The position numbers were made by a program, and so were the translations under genes. A stretch of 64,000 nucleotides of DNA from a virus. Positions 8,781-18,495 of the stretch are shown here, piece by piece (the first letter of the stretch is position 1; every line of letters begins with the position of its first letter). The DNA lies in IMG/VR virus record IMGVR_UViG_3300046753_000522, positions 37,941 to 101,940 of that record. One strand, 5' to 3'. The notes under the pieces were generated by a model. The model saw nothing but the letters and a program-made list of their open reading frames with translations, was not told the DNA's origin and ran no database searches.

Positions 8781-11700
8781 CAGATTACCGCAATTGCTCG
8801 AATGTTTCGGAGAACTGGTGTCTGAGTGGTATTCGTAGTCTTGAATACAACCTTCATCTGATACTGCACAAAGTCAGGAAGATCTCCTCCAGGACCACCC
8901 GCCAACCAAGTGTACTCACTGAAGATGAGAGGATCAATTACCTCAGTCATCTCAGGATTAGCACGAGGGTAGACTTCTGGTTCGAGGTAAGTCCAAGGCA
9001 CACTATAAAGGTCAGTATCTAAGTCCGCTGCAACTCGATAGTAGAAGTCGATGTTTGCTGCTGGGGGTCGATAGATCTGGGCAAAGACCCGTAATCCATT
9101 CGCGGCACTCGGCACACCGATGATTCGAGTGATGTGCTTCGATGGCGATGTACCCGCCACAGGGTGTGTTTCAGGAACATAGATCGTAGGCACGTTGGGG
9201 AACAACTCGCCTGCCGTATTAGCAGAGTCGCGAGGTTGATTATCGATGAGACTATTTTTCATCGTATAACCCATACCCTGTAGATCAATGAACGGCGAAA
9301 CATCAGAAATAAACCCACGACCAAATAGACCCTGACTCGAGTCATCATTGATGCCAAAGTTTGAAGACTGTACACTGTTTAGCGTAGTGCCGACAATCAG
9401 CGATGGTTGGTTCTTACCCTCTTGCACATCATTCTCTGCATCCTCGCATGCCATGTATCGAGGTTTGATAAAGCGATGCACCATACGGTTCTGGATCAAC
9501 TGATTCTTAACATCGTAACGGGGGTCGTTGTTCTCAGTCAGATATGCCTCTGCCCAAGAGTATCCAGTAATGAACGATGCATCATATTGAATAAACGTGC
9601 TGGTCAGTTCAACTGCTTCCATGTTCATAGAACCGAGGTCGAAGTTGAAACCGTAGTTGGTGCGAACGGAGTCACTACCAAAGAATCCAGAATTGGCAGT
9701 GAATGTATCACCACCTGCGAGTTCTACAAAGTACCCACCAATGTCTGCTTCGGCAACTTGGTTGATTGGATTCATAATCTCTGAACCAGTAACTCCAGCG
9801 TATTCTTCGGTAGAGTCAAGACCAGTCATACCCACAACATCACCTACACCCAGACCATGACCATAGTGATTTACTCGGAACCTTGTCAGATCGTTCTCGT
9901 CAACGTTGAGTGTAGTCGGTCTGTTGTGACGGAACTTCGGCAACGGTGCGTTGTAGAAGTTGGTCGTACCGCTTGGTTTGAATTTAGCGGTCTTAATTCG
10001 ATATGCCAAGTCTTGGTTCTGCTTCGGCGTCCAAGTTGAACCGTTCTGCGACAGGAACAATGAACCCTTCGCTGGTTGCTTGTGCACTCGGCGGTTTGTC
10101 TTACCGAGGTGCAGGTCATAGGTCGTGGCACAAAATGCTTGATACTTGTCGCACTCTGCGAGCAGCACGAACGCAAACTCAGCACCTGCCTGTAAGTAGA
10201 ATGGTTCGGGGAACGTGAAGGTGACAGGGTTTGCCAGAACCTCATCAAGATCTTCGAGTCCGGCACCGTCTTTAATTCTTTGTACGACTTCGTAAACTTC
10301 GTCAGCACTAACGTATGCACGATGCTGCTCGCTGATAAAGTTATTGACGGGCACTCCGTTCTCAACGGGTCGGATTTGTATCTGTAATGGGATAGCAGGA
10401 TCCATTCCACCGTTAGTGGAAGTCTTTGGCGCACTACGGATGAATACATCAATAGAAGTAACGAACACTCCTGGAACTCCAAGAGAAGGATCGACCGTAA
10501 ACGATTGTGCCAGAGGATCAAACCATCGTACTGTCTCTTCCCTGTCGAGGAAGAATTCATTGGTGATCACTCGAGTTGATAGAACCTGTCTCTGAAGAAT
10601 ATTCAGTGAACCCTGACCACTGTAGGTCGTTCGTGCGCGCGAGAGAGCAAACTCTTCAGCGTTGTCAGAAACGTCAAGTAGTTTGACAGTCTGTGTGCCA
10701 GCACGGAACTTCCAACCGATATCGTTCATGACGCGAGCATCTTTAGAACCTTCGTATCTTGCTGATGCGTTTCTTTGTGCGGCAATCCAACCTTCCCACT
10801 CATCAAGGGTAGTGAACGTGTCGCCGCCAGGAACACGTGCTGTGTTGGGCAACCAGAAGTCAAACCAGAGTTTACCTTCTTCATCTGTCTTCAAGACATT
10901 AGAGGTCGCTGCGGTTGCAAAGGGGTGACGGTTAAGTGTTACGTCCACGTCCTCGTAGTTGCGGTTCATCACACCCTGGTTAAAGAGTGCCTGATATCCA
11001 GACTCGTCGGGAATAGAGATTACCCACTGAGATACGTCAACGTCGCCAAAGTACAACCAAAAACGAGTGTACGGACGCAGACCCTTTGCAGATCCGATAA
11101 TGCGTCTCTGTCGCAAGAAGGGTAGGGCACCAAGAGATACTGTAACGTCACCAAGATCTTGTTGTACTACCTGATCGCTGACTACCTCGCTACGGATCGT
11201 TTCACGAACTGTTCGTACTCCTGGTTGCCAGAATTCAAAACCGTTCCAACGAATAACTCTTCTTCCTGGTTCACCACCCTGACTCTGCCCAGCACCTTGA
11301 CCAGCACGAGGTCCGGCAATGTGTAGGGCAGGAATCTGTTCTTCCCAAGTTCTGGGGATAACATCAACAGCGCCGATGTTTACGACTTGTGTACCACCAT
11401 TGATAATATTATCGGGCAGTCTTCGTTGATCGATCCACCTATCAACAGATGGACGTACCTGTAAGAAACCCTCATTAGCAAATACGTTGAATGGGTTTAC
11501 GTTGTAGTAACCACGCTCTTCGTAACTGCGGTCGTCCGAGTACCAAGAGATAACTTCCTGCTTCATGGTCTCGTCAAGCACTTCTTCGTGCTCGAGCATG
11601 ATCAGGTCACCTTTGCGTACAATATCTTGATTTGTCAGTGTGGTTCTTTGTCTCTCGATACCAATCCAGTTATCGGTTAGGGCAAGGTTATCTGAGTCCC

Positions 11701-14506
11701 ACATTAAGTTGGTCTGCGACAACAACTGCTTGGGATAGATTTGCCTCTGCATCGGATCAATTGCGCTGGTTGTTACGCCTCGATCTTCAATGTACCGATT
11801 CTCTCGGACGGATGCTGTCAGAGCATAACCCTTGGTGAAGTCGTCAGCAAAGAAACCTGACTTGACACGGACGTTACCGTCTGAGTCATATTCAATGAAA
11901 GTGCTTGCCTCTTGCTCTAACAGTGTGAGCGAAAGAGTATCCTCAAGGTTGGTGATTCTCTTGTCGAGTTTTGCGATCTCAGTCATGCGATATCGCTTGT
12001 GAGACATCTTCACGATGTCCATGTCCTCGACGTTCTTAGTGTTACCGTTCATATAGACGGTATACAGAATCATCTCATTTGGTTTCTTCGCGGGGGGAAG
12101 TGGTTGCAACGCGGGAATGCCCTTGTTGTAGATCATCTTCCTTCGGAAATTCTGCCTACTATATCCGATACAAACGTGGTCGATTCTTTGATGATACCAC
12201 TGAACATCATAAGTAATTTGATCGCCATCGCGCGGCAACTCAAAACGATCACCGTCTGGCATAGTATCAGAGGCGGGATCAAGTTTGCTACGGAAATCAA
12301 AGTAGTCATGAAGAGGTATGCGTTGACCTGTTCGACGAGACTGGTATGTCGGAATGTCACCATAGTCGAATATGTTACGGTCAGACAGGTCGTATGAGTT
12401 GACCGAGAAGTAATCTCCGTCGTTACCCCAATCAAAGTAAGAGACCTTCGCGAAAAGAGTGGTTACTCCCTGAGGGATCAACGTGCTCTTGACCACAGCA
12501 GGTTGATAGAAGTTATCTCTCGCGCCGCCATCAAACGTAACGGCATTGATGTAGTTTGTCCCTGCTGAGTCGACTTCCGTCAGACTCAACAATTGGAGAC
12601 CGTCATACAGAGGGTCATCAAATTCAAACGTATCTGCTTGAAGGTCGGGGTCAGAAGAACGAGTCAACGTCACCCAATCTTCTGTATAAGTCTTGGACTT
12701 AGCAGTTGCGTTGTTCTTTCGCACGTATGCCCAAACAACATAGTCGGAACCTGCGGCACCAGAAGTAGTAATTACTGCGTCTTGATTAGTTATCTTGACC
12801 TTGCCCGCAGGGAGATATTCAGTACTGTTGGTGGTAACATTCAACAGAGTCCACTGACCTTCGTCTTCAAACGACTCGTTAGCACCACAACGAATGCTTA
12901 CAGTGACGGTGCCGTCAGGATTATTGACTGACTGATCAAAGAACTGGCGTTGCACAACAAACTGCACATCTGTTGCCGATTTAACTCTACCTCCAGGAAT
13001 CAAATACAGAGAATCGTTCTCGCGAGGTTCCACAACGTAGAGGTTATTGTCCTCGAGATAGGGTTCCATTACTGCCGCAGAACCATCGGTGTATTGACTG
13101 ATACCAGTCACGTTCCGCAAGTTTTTATTATCTTGCATCTGTATGTCATATAGGTGAACGCGGATATGATCTTCGTCCTGAGTACCCATATTTCGGATAG
13201 TTTTAATCCTTGCGGTCCCGACCTCTTCGGTGCCGTCCCAAAGTTTATGATTTGTCTGAAGTTTTAGGTCGCCGCCATTATAGAGGTCGAGTCCTGTATT
13301 CGAATCGTCGATATAAGGTATCTGTACATAGTTCTTATACTCAACGTCAGAAGTAGTATCTGAGTCGTTGGAGAACGTCAGGGGTTTCTCGACACTCATT
13401 TCCTTAGGAAGGTCATGTATCAGTCGGAAACCGTCAACGTATGCAATAGGGTTGTTACCCGCAACCATGTGCGGAATATCGAGAGTGAACGTGTCGCTAT
13501 CATCTTCCTCGAATCGAATCAAGAAATCCTGCGCAATGAAGTCGCCGGAGGTTTCCTTTGAACGAATCGCCAATCTTTCTTCGACTTTATTGAATCCACT
13601 GCTCGCGTCTTTCTGTGCAATGATTGTACCCTTACGGATCCAAGCGAATGAAACAAAGTTAGAAACGTCAGCGACGTCTACCTTCTTAATCAACTCCATC
13701 TGTATGCGATATCGATCAGCACCTGGAGCAGACAGGTTGGGTCTTGCACCTTGGTTGTCGTAGAGATTATTGTCGTCGAGTACCGTTACAACATCTTGTG
13801 ATACCTCAAACCCAACGATTGCGTCTGGGTCTTGGATATATTCGCCAACAATGATTTTCTGTGAGGGGGCATAGACAAAGTGCTCTTGAACATAGAACTC
13901 AGCACTCTGCATACCGTATGCGAGACCCTGACCGACAGACTCGAGAAGGGAGTTGGCGGGTTTAGTTCGTACAACCAACTCACCAACCTGCGGTACGAAA
14001 CCAGAGAGAGTTCGGATGTCGGTGATTGTGTCGCCTTCAGAGAAACGCAGAGTTTGCGGTTGAATGTCGTCGTTTTCTTGACCTTGATTGTTAGAAACGT
14101 ATCGACCGTACAGCGTTGTGTACTCAGTGTTATCATCTTCGTAGAAGTTAGTCTGTTGATGCGTTACCTCAAACTGCAAACCGCCCGTGATACCAGGAAT
14201 CGCCGGACCTTGGAAAATGACGCCAACATAACTTGAGGGGGTGCTATTGTTCCATTCTTCGACAATGACATACTCTACGTCGAATAGTGTTCCACCAGCA
14301 GAGGGCACAGAAGTTGCCGCACCATCCTGAAAGATATTATTCGCAAATCGACTGATCTGTCTCTGCAATATTGTTTGCAGAGTAGTAAGTTCCCTCGCTT
14401 GTAGAGAACGACCACTATTGAACAGAACTTTGTGGTATCCGTCGCTGTCGAGGAAGTCGTCTTTATAGACTTCCCTGAATGTTGTTCCTGTAAACTGCTC
14501 TGGCAT
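8780..14506 (-). CDS. Large baseplate-associated structural protein (DUF4815/VrlC-like)
   Basis: 1908 aa; YKDDF...YHKVLF..GR.LQARELT.LQ, APGADRY, KSGFFADDF, NVNPFNVF, DPLAQSF, GSLFLSQNG.TW motifs. Confidence 0.85.
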   Translation of the reverse strand: MPEQFTGTTFREVYKDDFLDSDGYHKVLFNSGRSLQARELTTLQTILQRQISRFANNIFQDGAATSVPSAGGTLFDVEYVIVEEWNNSTPSSYVGVIFQGPAIPGITGGLQFEVTHQQTNFYEDDNTEYTTLYGRYVSNNQGQENDDIQPQTLRFSEGDTITDIRTLSGFVPQVGELVVRTKPANSLLESVGQGLAYGMQSAEFYVQEHFVYAPSQKIIVGEYIQDPDAIVGFEVSQDVVTVLDDNNLYDNQGARPNLSAPGADRYRIQMELIKKVDVADVSNFVSFAWIRKGTIIAQKDASSGFNKVEERLAIRSKETSGDFIAQDFLIRFEEDDSDTFTLDIPHMVAGNNPIAYVDGFRLIHDLPKEMSVEKPLTFSNDSDTTSDVEYKNYVQIPYIDDSNTGLDLYNGGDLKLQTNHKLWDGTEEVGTARIKTIRNMGTQDEDHIRVHLYDIQMQDNKNLRNVTGISQYTDGSAAVMEPYLEDNNLYVVEPRENDSLYLIPGGRVKSATDVQFVVQRQFFDQSVNNPDGTVTVSIRCGANESFEDEGQWTLLNVTTNSTEYLPAGKVKITNQDAVITTSGAAGSDYVVWAYVRKNNATAKSKTYTEDWVTLTRSSDPDLQADTFEFDDPLYDGLQLLSLTEVDSAGTNYINAVTFDGGARDNFYQPAVVKSTLIPQGVTTLFAKVSYFDWGNDGDYFSVNSYDLSDRNIFDYGDIPTYQSRRTGQRIPLHDYFDFRSKLDPASDTMPDGDRFELPRDGDQITYDVQWYHQRIDHVCIGYSRQNFRRKMIYNKGIPALQPLPPAKKPNEMILYTVYMNGNTKNVEDMDIVKMSHKRYRMTEIAKLDKRITNLEDTLSLTLLEQEASTFIEYDSDGNVRVKSGFFADDFTKGYALTASVRENRYIEDRGVTTSAIDPMQRQIYPKQLLSQTNLMWDSDNLALTDNWIGIERQRTTLTNQDIVRKGDLIMLEHEEVLDETMKQEVISWYSDDRSYEERGYYNVNPFNVFANEGFLQVRPSVDRWIDQRRLPDNIINGGTQVVNIGAVDVIPRTWEEQIPALHIAGPRAGQGAGQSQGGEPGRRVIRWNGFEFWQPGVRTVRETIRSEVVSDQVVQQDLGDVTVSLGALPFLRQRRIIGSAKGLRPYTRFWLYFGDVDVSQWVISIPDESGYQALFNQGVMNRNYEDVDVTLNRHPFATAATSNVLKTDEEGKLWFDFWLPNTARVPGGDTFTTLDEWEGWIAAQRNASARYEGSKDARVMNDIGWKFRAGTQTVKLLDVSDNAEEFALSRARTTYSGQGSLNILQRQVLSTRVITNEFFLDREETVRWFDPLAQSFTVDPSLGVPGVFVTSIDVFIRSAPKTSTNGGMDPAIPLQIQIRPVENGVPVNNFISEQHRAYVSADEVYEVVQRIKDGAGLEDLDEVLANPVTFTFPEPFYLQAGAEFAFVLLAECDKYQAFCATTYDLHLGKTNRRVHKQPAKGSLFLSQNGSTWTPKQNQDLAYRIKTAKFKPSGTTNFYNAPLPKFRHNRPTTLNVDENDLTRFRVNHYGHGLGVGDVVGMTGLDSTEEYAGVTGSEIMNPINQVAEADIGGYFVELAGGDTFTANSGFFGSDSVRTNYGFNFDLGSMNMEAVELTSTFIQYDASFITGYSWAEAYLTENNDPRYDVKNQLIQNRMVHRFIKPRYMACEDAENDVQEGKNQPSLIVGTTLNSVQSSNFGINDDSSQGLFGRGFISDVSPFIDLQGMGYTMKNSLIDNQPRDSANTAGELFPNVPTIYVPETHPVAGTSPSKHITRIIGVPSAANGLRVFAQIYRPPAANIDFYYRVAADLDTDLYSVPWTYLEPEVYPRANPEMTEVIDPLIFSEYTWLAGGPGGDLPDFVQYQMKVVFKTTNTTQTPVLRNIRAIAVI

Positions 14507-14517
14507 CTCTTCTTTCC

Positions 14518-16011
14518 TTAAAGGTCGATGACGATCTTAATGTCTTCGGTTTGTTCGTCGTCACGTTCAATTGGCGATCTATTGTCTATGTAGATAACTT
14601 TTCCAGAGAAGTTATTCACTTCTGCGGGTCGTAGGTTTGGACCGAATGCATTCTCACGAATACTTGCAGTACCACCACCTTCATTAACAGTTACTTGCTC
14701 AGCACTATCATATGGTAGGAATCCTGTCCTTCCGTTTTGATGCACATAGAGAATGTTATTCTCATCATCAAAGTAGTTAATGATTGACTGCGCACCAGTA
14801 GTAGTTCCAGTCACAATCTGGTCGCCAGTAATGTTGTCTGCATTGAGACCACTGGTAACCCAAAGTTGCTTGTATGCCTGCGCGGTTGGGGCAGACAGTG
14901 CAGAGTCTCTTCCAGTCATCGGGAAGTCACCATACTGAGCGGAGTCGCGTAACGGATTCTGCACCAGACCGATCTGACGGAAGTCATTCTCTACGTTAAA
15001 GTCACCGCCCTCAACACCAGTCAGTGTGGTCTGGAACATCAGACCAGAGGAGTTGAGGTCACGTCGAGGGTCAGCACCCATTCCTGGATTCTGCGAGGTG
15101 ATGGCACGGAGTTCAGCACCGCTACCACCACCACCCGAAACGCGAATTGATGCGTGGTGATAGTTTTGTCCGAATGAATACAACTCGTCTGATGAGTCAT
15201 CCTTCATGATGATCTCACCAATGAGACCTCCTGGAGTGATATTGGCATATGCCTTTGCTTCGACAATCTGTGTTCCATAAATGGGAATGCCCACGATCTC
15301 GATTTGCGGACGGGAAGTATAACCCACACCTGCCGAGTCAATAGCAATACCCAATAGTTCTCCAGGGATTGCTTGCTTCTGAACCTCTAATTGCTTTTGG
15401 CGAGTTGTTGACAATTCGTCGTAGGGCGGTCCACCTTCTTCAGAATCTAAAACTCTCTCAACAGGCATATAACCTGAAGTTAGATAGTTTCTTGCTTCAA
15501 CAGTACCGACAGTGTACATGTATCTCCAGATGTATCCGTCGTCTCCAACCGAGAAGGGATACCCCGAAATATCGTTGGGTTTAAACAATGAGTTCTTTGG
15601 CGTTCCGTTTGATGCTCGACCTTGCTGTAAGCAGACGAATACGTTGTTCTCATCGGTGAGGACATAGTAGGGATACTGTATATCGCCAAAGGGTGCGATC
15701 TGAGTGTTCGAACCATAGTTGTTATCCCATGCTTCGTAGACCTGACCAGCAGTCCAGTTCCATCGCGGAACAACGTATGTTACGTTGGGAACCAACTTCA
15801 TTGACTGGATGCTTTCTTGGAACCTCAGAGTCTCGCCACGAGAACTATTGGGGATAGGTGGTTGCGCATCGGAATCCCATTCCTCGGTACGACCAATCGC
15901 CATATAGAATCGATCAGAATCCTCGTCGGAATCCAAGTCCAGATTCAAATAATCTGCATAGATCCTATCGAGGATGTCCCACTTAAAAAAGTCTGATACT
16001 GTTGCTGCCAT
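14518..16011 (-). CDS. gp8: Baseplate wedge subunit gp8
   Basis: VVPRWNWT.G..Y, YYVLTDE.NVF.C, DGYIWRYMY, SGKVIYIDNR.PI.R...Q.EDIKIVI. Confidence 0.85.
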   Translation of the reverse strand: MAATVSDFFKWDILDRIYADYLNLDLDSDEDSDRFYMAIGRTEEWDSDAQPPIPNSSRGETLRFQESIQSMKLVPNVTYVVPRWNWTAGQVYEAWDNNYGSNTQIAPFGDIQYPYYVLTDENNVFVCLQQGRASNGTPKNSLFKPNDISGYPFSVGDDGYIWRYMYTVGTVEARNYLTSGYMPVERVLDSEEGGPPYDELSTTRQKQLEVQKQAIPGELLGIAIDSAGVGYTSRPQIEIVGIPIYGTQIVEAKAYANITPGGLIGEIIMKDDSSDELYSFGQNYHHASIRVSGGGGSGAELRAITSQNPGMGADPRRDLNSSGLMFQTTLTGVEGGDFNVENDFRQIGLVQNPLRDSAQYGDFPMTGRDSALSAPTAQAYKQLWVTSGLNADNITGDQIVTGTTTGAQSIINYFDDENNILYVHQNGRTGFLPYDSAEQVTVNEGGGTASIRENAFGPNLRPAEVNNFSGKVIYIDNRSPIERDDEQTEDIKIVIDL

Positions 16012-16026
16012 TTTCTATGCCCTTCC

Positions 16027-16854
16027 TTATGATGCGCCGACTACAGATTGTACGGTCACACCTGTGTCACTTGATAGATGCCAGTTATTACCTGTCCATA
16101 TTAAAGATACTACTGCGTTCTGCAGAACATCGATTTGTGCACCGTTTGCAAAGTTTACGGGTTCAAGGTAGCACTTTGCTACATTAATGTTCACAAACCT
16201 TTTAACGTCGCCGATATCAATGCCATCGTCGAGATAAACTCGGAACGGAGTAGATGATTTATTAAGTAGAGTCGTCGCCTTTGCAAGTGATGCTCTTGCT
16301 TCGTGATTTACAATCGTCTCGTTGTCAAGAACAACCCGACCGTTGACGCGAACAATACCACCATTCAAACCGCTCAGGAGGAGGTCAACATCTGCGCTGT
16401 CGCCACCGACCGTCAAACTAACGCCACTGATGCTGTCGCCGTTTGTCAGCACCACGTGGTTCGGTAGTGTTCCGCTACTCCGGAATGCTAAAAGTATGTC
16501 GCCGTCAGAGTCATGAATGTCGTCGACAACGGGGTGTAGCAGAGTCTTGTTTTCAAGAATGTCAACTGTGTCCTTGAGTACCACAGTGCCCGATGCTGCT
16601 GGCAGAGTGATGTTGTAGTTGGCAGAAGTTGCGTCCTCCGCTACCAGTTTGGTGACGTAGTTGTTCGTGCCTTCGAATATAATTGCGCCCGCAGAGTCGA
16701 ACGAAATGTTTTGGGACAAGTATGAGTCGGAAGATCCTAAAACTCTCCAAACATTTGCAAAGTTGTTATTGATCTTCGTAGCAGCATCACGGAGTGTATC
16801 ACCCTTGCCGTCATTCGCGACTACCCCATTGTTTAGTATTGATCGTGTTGCCAT
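16027..16854 (-). CDS. gp9/gp10-like baseplate tail-fibre connector
   Basis: N-terminal G..ANDGKGDTLRDA..KIN.NF motif. Confidence 0.65.
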   Translation of the reverse strand: MATRSILNNGVVANDGKGDTLRDAATKINNNFANVWRVLGSSDSYLSQNISFDSAGAIIFEGTNNYVTKLVAEDATSANYNITLPAASGTVVLKDTVDILENKTLLHPVVDDIHDSDGDILLAFRSSGTLPNHVVLTNGDSISGVSLTVGGDSADVDLLLSGLNGGIVRVNGRVVLDNETIVNHEARASLAKATTLLNKSSTPFRVYLDDGIDIGDVKRFVNINVAKCYLEPVNFANGAQIDVLQNAVVSLIWTGNNWHLSSDTGVTVQSVVGAS

Positions 16855-16881
16855 TACTGTTGTCCTGTAAATTTATGTTTG

Positions 16882-16889
16882 TATTTATA
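16882..16889 (-). promoter_or_regulatory. T4-type late promoter TATAAATA
   Basis: Exact consensus, intergenic. Confidence 0.8.
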
Positions 16890-16893
16890 CTGT

Positions 16894-18495
16894 TTACTCA
16901 TCACTATCAAAGTAGGTGTGAGGATCTTCTTTGTAACTCCAGTTTGAGTTATCTTCTCTCAAATCTGAGTCTAGGATTCCAGGCGTCTGGTTGTAGTCGA
17001 GTATCGGGTTCGCATAACCTGCTTGCGAATATATCTCGGTCGTTAGGGCAATGGGATTCCCGAAGATATCGGCAAACTCAGTAGTAATATAATCTTCCTG
17101 CTCTGTAATTATTATCTCTCCGAATTCGCCGATTCTAGGCGTTCCAATCGGGGGTGTCGGATAATTAACCCATTCTGAATTGTGATTAGAATTCCAAGCA
17201 CTATCATAGTACGACCAGTGATAGTTGTTCTCATCCAACAAGTTCATAGTGTTGGAGAGGTCTGGCGCCACTTCGTCGAACGTTCGACCATCTGCGATAT
17301 CCGCACGGTATACGCTTGGATACTGTAAGTGCCACTTCTCGACATTCCTGTAGGAGAACATATCGTTTGGTTGCGTTCGTATCTGTGCACCACGCTCTTG
17401 TATGTCAGCAGGTCCAGGTCCGATCTCGGTGATATCAGTATGGAAGATAGGTCTCTTCCTGCGCCACTTGTCTCCGATCGGTGCCCTCTCGATAATCTCT
17501 ACTGGCGGTGGCGGTTCGATGATGGAAGGTTGCGGTCCAAGGTTAAAGTCGTATTCCGACAGAATAACAACCTGACCAGCAAGATACATTCCTGCTGGGT
17601 GGATAAATGTTTTGTATGCCTCTTTCCAAGTGTTGACGCCAACGGGTGTTTCGATCAACAGGGCATATAACTGATAGAATTTGTCGTTGGTAATCTTTTT
17701 GTCGGTAACGTCTGAACCGATAGTCGTGTACGGAGTATCCCGCACCGTAGTGATTTTCAACTCGGCATCTTCGGGCAACCAAGCATTGTCGTTCATCTCT
17801 CGGATGATGGCATCGTTTGGCGCCAGATACTCTTCAGCAGGTTCTTTCTGAGAAGAGGAAGTTCCCACAAACACCAAGGTACGGTCGATTCTTCTCAGAG
17901 TGATGAATCGATTGGTGAAGTCCATGATGTAGTCAAGGTCTTGACGTAGTATGACCCACTCGCCCTTGGTGTTCTTAATTTCGACCGTTACATCGGCGCC
18001 CAAGAAAGTGTATGGGAAGTTACTGCCCCCCAACTGACCCTCACCTTCGTAGATGAGAACTTCTTCCAGAGGATCACCAACGTAGAATATCTCGTCCTTA
18101 CCGTACCGAACATCAATGTCAAACCCGTAGAAGATACGGAAGAACTGACGGATCGAATACTCGGTGCCCTTTGACCGATACAGTAGGTTTGAGTATTGTA
18201 GTGCTGTTCTCTTGTCGTTGAATGACTCAAAGTATGGTTTGCCTAACAACAACTCGTTCGCAATGAACGTCAAGAACTCTTGCCGTGCTATTACAATATC
18301 TCTCGATATCAGGAGGTCATTGAGTGCCTCCGTCGGCATATTATTTTCTTCAAGTGCTTCATAGTATTTGATCAGGAACTTGGTGAGTTCCGGATACTTA
18401 TCATCAAAATGTCCTGGAAGAACTTCAAAGACGTGATACTTGTCAAAGTCAAGCGCGCGCCGATAGTTATCTGTTAGTGTCTTATCTAACGGCAT
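16894..18495 (-). CDS. Baseplate wedge initiator, gp7-like
   Basis: LYRSKGTEYS...FFRIFYG and HPAGM motifs; directly follows gp6. Confidence 0.7.
   Translation of the reverse strand: MPLDKTLTDNYRRALDFDKYHVFEVLPGHFDDKYPELTKFLIKYYEALEENNMPTEALNDLLISRDIVIARQEFLTFIANELLLGKPYFESFNDKRTALQYSNLLYRSKGTEYSIRQFFRIFYGFDIDVRYGKDEIFYVGDPLEEVLIYEGEGQLGGSNFPYTFLGADVTVEIKNTKGEWVILRQDLDYIMDFTNRFITLRRIDRTLVFVGTSSSQKEPAEEYLAPNDAIIREMNDNAWLPEDAELKITTVRDTPYTTIGSDVTDKKITNDKFYQLYALLIETPVGVNTWKEAYKTFIHPAGMYLAGQVVILSEYDFNLGPQPSIIEPPPPVEIIERAPIGDKWRRKRPIFHTDITEIGPGPADIQERGAQIRTQPNDMFSYRNVEKWHLQYPSVYRADIADGRTFDEVAPDLSNTMNLLDENNYHWSYYDSAWNSNHNSEWVNYPTPPIGTPRIGEFGEIIITEQEDYITTEFADIFGNPIALTTEIYSQAGYANPILDYNQTPGILDSDLREDNSNWSYKEDPHTYFDSDE

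Noticed and set aside
1079-18495. DS motifs as phosphopantetheine attachment sites
   Set aside because: Carrier-protein sites are GxDSL in a helical bundle; these are DSA/DSD in beta-rich structural proteins, and no PPTase is in the window
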